From the NCBI GenBank assembly GCA_963793865.1, contig CAWCBP010000001.1, forward strand, positions 640,001-704,000: 64,000 nt of DNA, in the 5' to 3' direction. The first letter of the stretch is position 1. Each line of letters opens with the position of its first letter. Source of the stretch: an uncultured delta proteobacterium. Lineage in GTDB: Bacteria > Desulfobacterota > WTBG01. Of the stretch, positions 60,893 through 64,000 are shown one piece after another. The position numbers and the translations under genes were made by a program. A model generated the notes under the pieces. The model made no database searches. It was given only the letters and a program-made list of their open reading frames with translations, and had not been told where the DNA came from.

Positions 60893-62960
60893 ATGAGAAT
60901 GAAAAAGCTACTATCAATAATGCTCGTGCTCGTGGCGTCGGTTTATGCAATCAATTTTGCAATGGCTGCCACAACTACGTATACCTGTAAGCCGATGGCA
61001 GATACCAGGATTGATGCAATAGCCCCGACGACGAATTTCGGGACAGGTACAACCCTTTTAATGGTAGGGCTTGATGGGCCGGTGAGATCTCTCATCAGGT
61101 TCAACATACCGCCCTTTGTTTCGGCGAGTCAGATACAGAGCGCCTATCTGCACGTCTATGGGCGCAGCTCTGGGACAGCATCAATTGACATAAACATTCA
61201 CCCCATAACCCCGCCGGATCTGTGGTTTGAGAAAAACCTTTCCAAACCTGACACAACTCAGATTGTCTGGGGCGCAACCTGGAATGATTACGGTGGAACT
61301 GCGAGCGGCCTTGCTTGGGTGGCACCGGGGGCAGATTACAATGCGGCCGCGTACGCTTCCGGAACTATTGTGGCCGGGCCGAATAGTATTGATATGACAG
61401 CCCTGCTCACCGGTAACCTGGATACCATACGAAAGTACGGTGTTTTGCTCAAATTGCAGGACGAATCATTGGATGTTTTTAAGAGCATGTACTCCCGAGA
61501 TAACGCGACTGATCAGCCCTATCTTGAGCTGAATGTTGATCTCGGTTTGGCTGATACTACGTATATGTGCCCCACCATTGCTGATGTGTACATGGATGAA
61601 TCGCTCGTGGACGGCGATCATAATCTCAATTTCAACTGGAAAACCAGGGTATTGCTTTCCAGGCACGCGACCTATGGAAGAGCACGCGGGCTTTGGAAAT
61701 TTGAGATTCCCGCCGGAATCCAGGCTGAGGATATCACGTGTGCGCAAATTCTTCTTTCCGGGTGCGAACATGCCTTCAGGACGAGGCAATTTAATGTTGA
61801 TTTATATGCGCTCGAAGTGCCTTTAAAGGAGGAGAAGGCAACCTGGGATGAGTCGGATACCGGTGTGGCATGGACAACCCCGGGTGGCGATTATGATGCA
61901 ACGGTAGTCTCATCGGGGATGATTTATCAGACCCTGCTTGGTAATCCCGCATATAACTGGAGGGCGGAGATTGACGTGACCGACCTCCTGGCGGGGAACT
62001 TGGTGAAGAGCGAGGGATAACGGGATATTGATGAAACTGCAGGAAGAGACAGGGACAAATACAAATCAAAATATAGCATCCAGGGAGTCTTACGATGACA
62101 GTGATGTTGCCGCCTACCTGCTGATTGATGTGGCGGATACCGATTCGGATACTGTGTGTAATACCTCCGATAACTGTCCGCTCTTAGCCAACGCCGGGCA
62201 GGAAGACGGCGATGCTGATGCGGCGGGTGATGTCTGCGATAATTGCCCGCTGATTGCCAATGCAGGTCAGGAAGATGGAGATACTGATGTGATAGGTGAT
62301 GCGTGTGATAACTGTCCGCTCGTAGCCAACGCCGGTCAGGAAGATGGAGATGCTGATTTGGTAGGTGATGCCTGTGATAATTGCCCGCTGATTGCCAATC
62401 CCGGTCAGGAAGATGGAGATGCGGATCTGGTGGGCGATGTTTGTGATAATTGTCCGCTGATTGCGAATCCCGATCAGGCAAATAGCGATACGGATGTCCT
62501 GGGGGATGCCTGCGACAACTGTCCTGTAGTAGCTAATGCCGGTCAGGAGGATGCGGACGGTGATGGCGTGGGGGATGCTTGTAACGATGCTGATGACGCA
62601 GATAGTGACGAATGGGGTGATAGCGTAGACAACTGTCCCATCAATTACAATCCCGGACAGGAAGACAACCTTCCGCCCGGGGGTAATGGAACCGGTGATG
62701 CCTGTGAATGTGAGGCAGACTTTGAATGTGATGGAGATGTCGATGGTTCAGATGCGTCAACATTCAAACTCTATTTCGGCAGAGGGCAGTTTTTTGCCCC
62801 CTGTAATGACTTGAATCCCTGCCGGGGCGATTTTGAATGCGACGGAGATGTGGACGGGACTGATGCGAACAGGGTTAAGGTTGATTTTGGCAGGAGTTCG
62901 TTCAGTGATGCGTGTCCGACGACGCCTGTTTGTGCGCAGCCGGATTGGTGCAACTATTAG
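60893..62960 (+). CDS. Secreted protein: two DNRLRE-like domains, TSP3 repeats, C-terminal dockerin-like module (one apparent frameshift near 62010)
   Basis: ADTRID..PTTNFG, RSLIRF, ATWN, SRD..PYL repeated twice; seven DNCP repeats; two DFECDGDVDG loops. Confidence 0.8.
62168..62705 (+). repeat. Thrombospondin type-3-like coding repeats (7 copies, ~69 bp)
   Basis: DNCPLxANxGQEDGDxDxxGDxC units. Confidence 0.88.
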
Positions 62961-63351
62961 CACTGGGGCACCACAGTTAAAGTCTGGTTTTAAAGGGTAG
63001 CTATCAAATCCTTTATAAACTGTAATGTGTTACCGTGGTGACTATATCATTAACATTTTTCAGGAGATTCTTGGATAAAGTATTGTAGACGTTTTAATAG
63101 TTCAGTGCCTTGTATGCCATGTGGTTCTTCAGTTCCCCTTGCCACATGGCTACAAGGCATCATGAACTATCGCTATTTTGCCCGTGCAGGATTGCCGGAA
63201 TTCAATCGCAATGCGCAAGGGAGAATTTTTTACTATTTATTGTCATAATTTTTTATAATCAATTGAGAATTTACAGTTGTGCCATCGCGAGGCAATAGGC
63301 GACGAAGTAATCGCAGAGTGCAAGAGAAGTATTTCAAAAAGGAGGCAAAAA

Positions 63352-64000
63352 ATGCAAAGGATCCTATTCGTAATCATCATGTTTGTGGTGACGTTCTTCG
63401 TTTTCAACTACGCAATAGTTGCCGCAACAACTTACAACTGTACACCGATGGCGGATACCCGGCTTGATTCGGCTACCCCGGACACAAATTATGGGACGGC
63501 TACGACGCTTAAGATGGTAGGCGTCGGAGCGGGCGGACCGGTAAGATCCATCATCCGGTTAAATATACCGCCATTTGTTTCGGCAAGTCAGATACAGAGC
63601 GCCTATTTAAATCTTTATGGAGGCAGTACCGGATCACCCTCGATTGACATTAATATTCACCCGGTAACCCCTCCGGATTTATGGTTTGAGAAGGACCTTT
63701 CCAAGCCGGATACCACTCAGATTGTCTGGGGAGCAACCTGGAATAATCACGGTGGGACAGCAAGTATGCTGCCGTGGGTAGCACCGGGTGGAGATTATAA
63801 TGCAAGCGCTTATACCTCGGCAACTATTGTGGCCGGCTGGAATAGCATTGATATCACCACTCTGCTTTCCAACAATCTGGAAACCATACGGAAATACGGG
63901 GTTCTGCTCAAAATGCAGGATGAAGCACTGAATGCCTTCAAAAATGTAAATTCACGGGATAATACATCTGATCAGCCCTATCTTCAGCTGAATGTTGATC
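63352..64000 (+). CDS. DNRLRE-like secreted protein, paralog of the upstream gene (runs off the window end; not in ORF track)
   Basis: AAGGAGG RBS; MQRILFVIIMF...ATTYNCTPMADTRLDSATPDTNYG...NIPPFVSASQIQSAYL, near-identical to the first domain of 60893. Confidence 0.88.
   Translation, partial: MQRILFVIIMFVVTFFVFNYAIVAATTYNCTPMADTRLDSATPDTNYGTATTLKMVGVGAGGPVRSIIRLNIPPFVSASQIQSAYLNLYGGSTGSPSIDINIHPVTPPDLWFEKDLSKPDTTQIVWGATWNNHGGTASMLPWVAPGGDYNASAYTSATIVAGWNSIDITTLLSNNLETIRKYGVLLKMQDEALNAFKNVNSRDNTSDQPYLQLNVD

Noticed and set aside
60893..64000. Diversity-generating retroelement template/variable repeat pair
   Set aside because: Both copies are full genes with RBS and signal peptide, differences are not confined to adenines, and no reverse transcriptase is present

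Overview
Bacterial genomic window, most consistent with an anaerobic deltaproteobacterium (Desulfobacterota-like; inferred from gene content only). No rRNA, tRNA, CRISPR array or transposase was recognised. About a dozen genes carry single-base frameshifts, most likely long-read consensus errors. Main blocks: (1) 1.7-4.4 kb, a secreted protein with a cohesin-like domain, 17 Cys-rich 25-aa repeats and tandem Cys-containing dockerin-like modules. (2) 4.9-20.1 kb, a co-oriented redox/oxygen-stress and Fe-S island headed by a PerR/Fur regulator. It includes nifU-nifS-cysE, FprA, Trx, Hrb, TldD/E, three small Cys-rich proteins missing from the ORF track, and two hidden selenoproteins (UxxC glutaredoxin and UxxC thioredoxin-TPR) with matching SECIS-like hairpins. 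(3) 20-46 kb, housekeeping and envelope genes (porin, YyaL, ispH, B12-binding protein plus ABC exporter, hisS, rsmE, rhomboid, uvsE, FKBP). (4) 46.8-54.3 kb, a copper block (multicopper oxidase, cusB, cusA). (5) 55.3-60.6 kb, a Mo/W module in which two Moco-type riboswitches with terminators precede tupA and an OprO/P-type porin, followed by a secreted diheme protein with a molybdopterin-oxidoreductase-like domain. (6) 60.9-64 kb, tandem DNRLRE-like secreted proteins, the first with TSP3 repeats and the same dockerin-like C-terminal tag. Several REP/MITE-like families occupy intergenic spaces.
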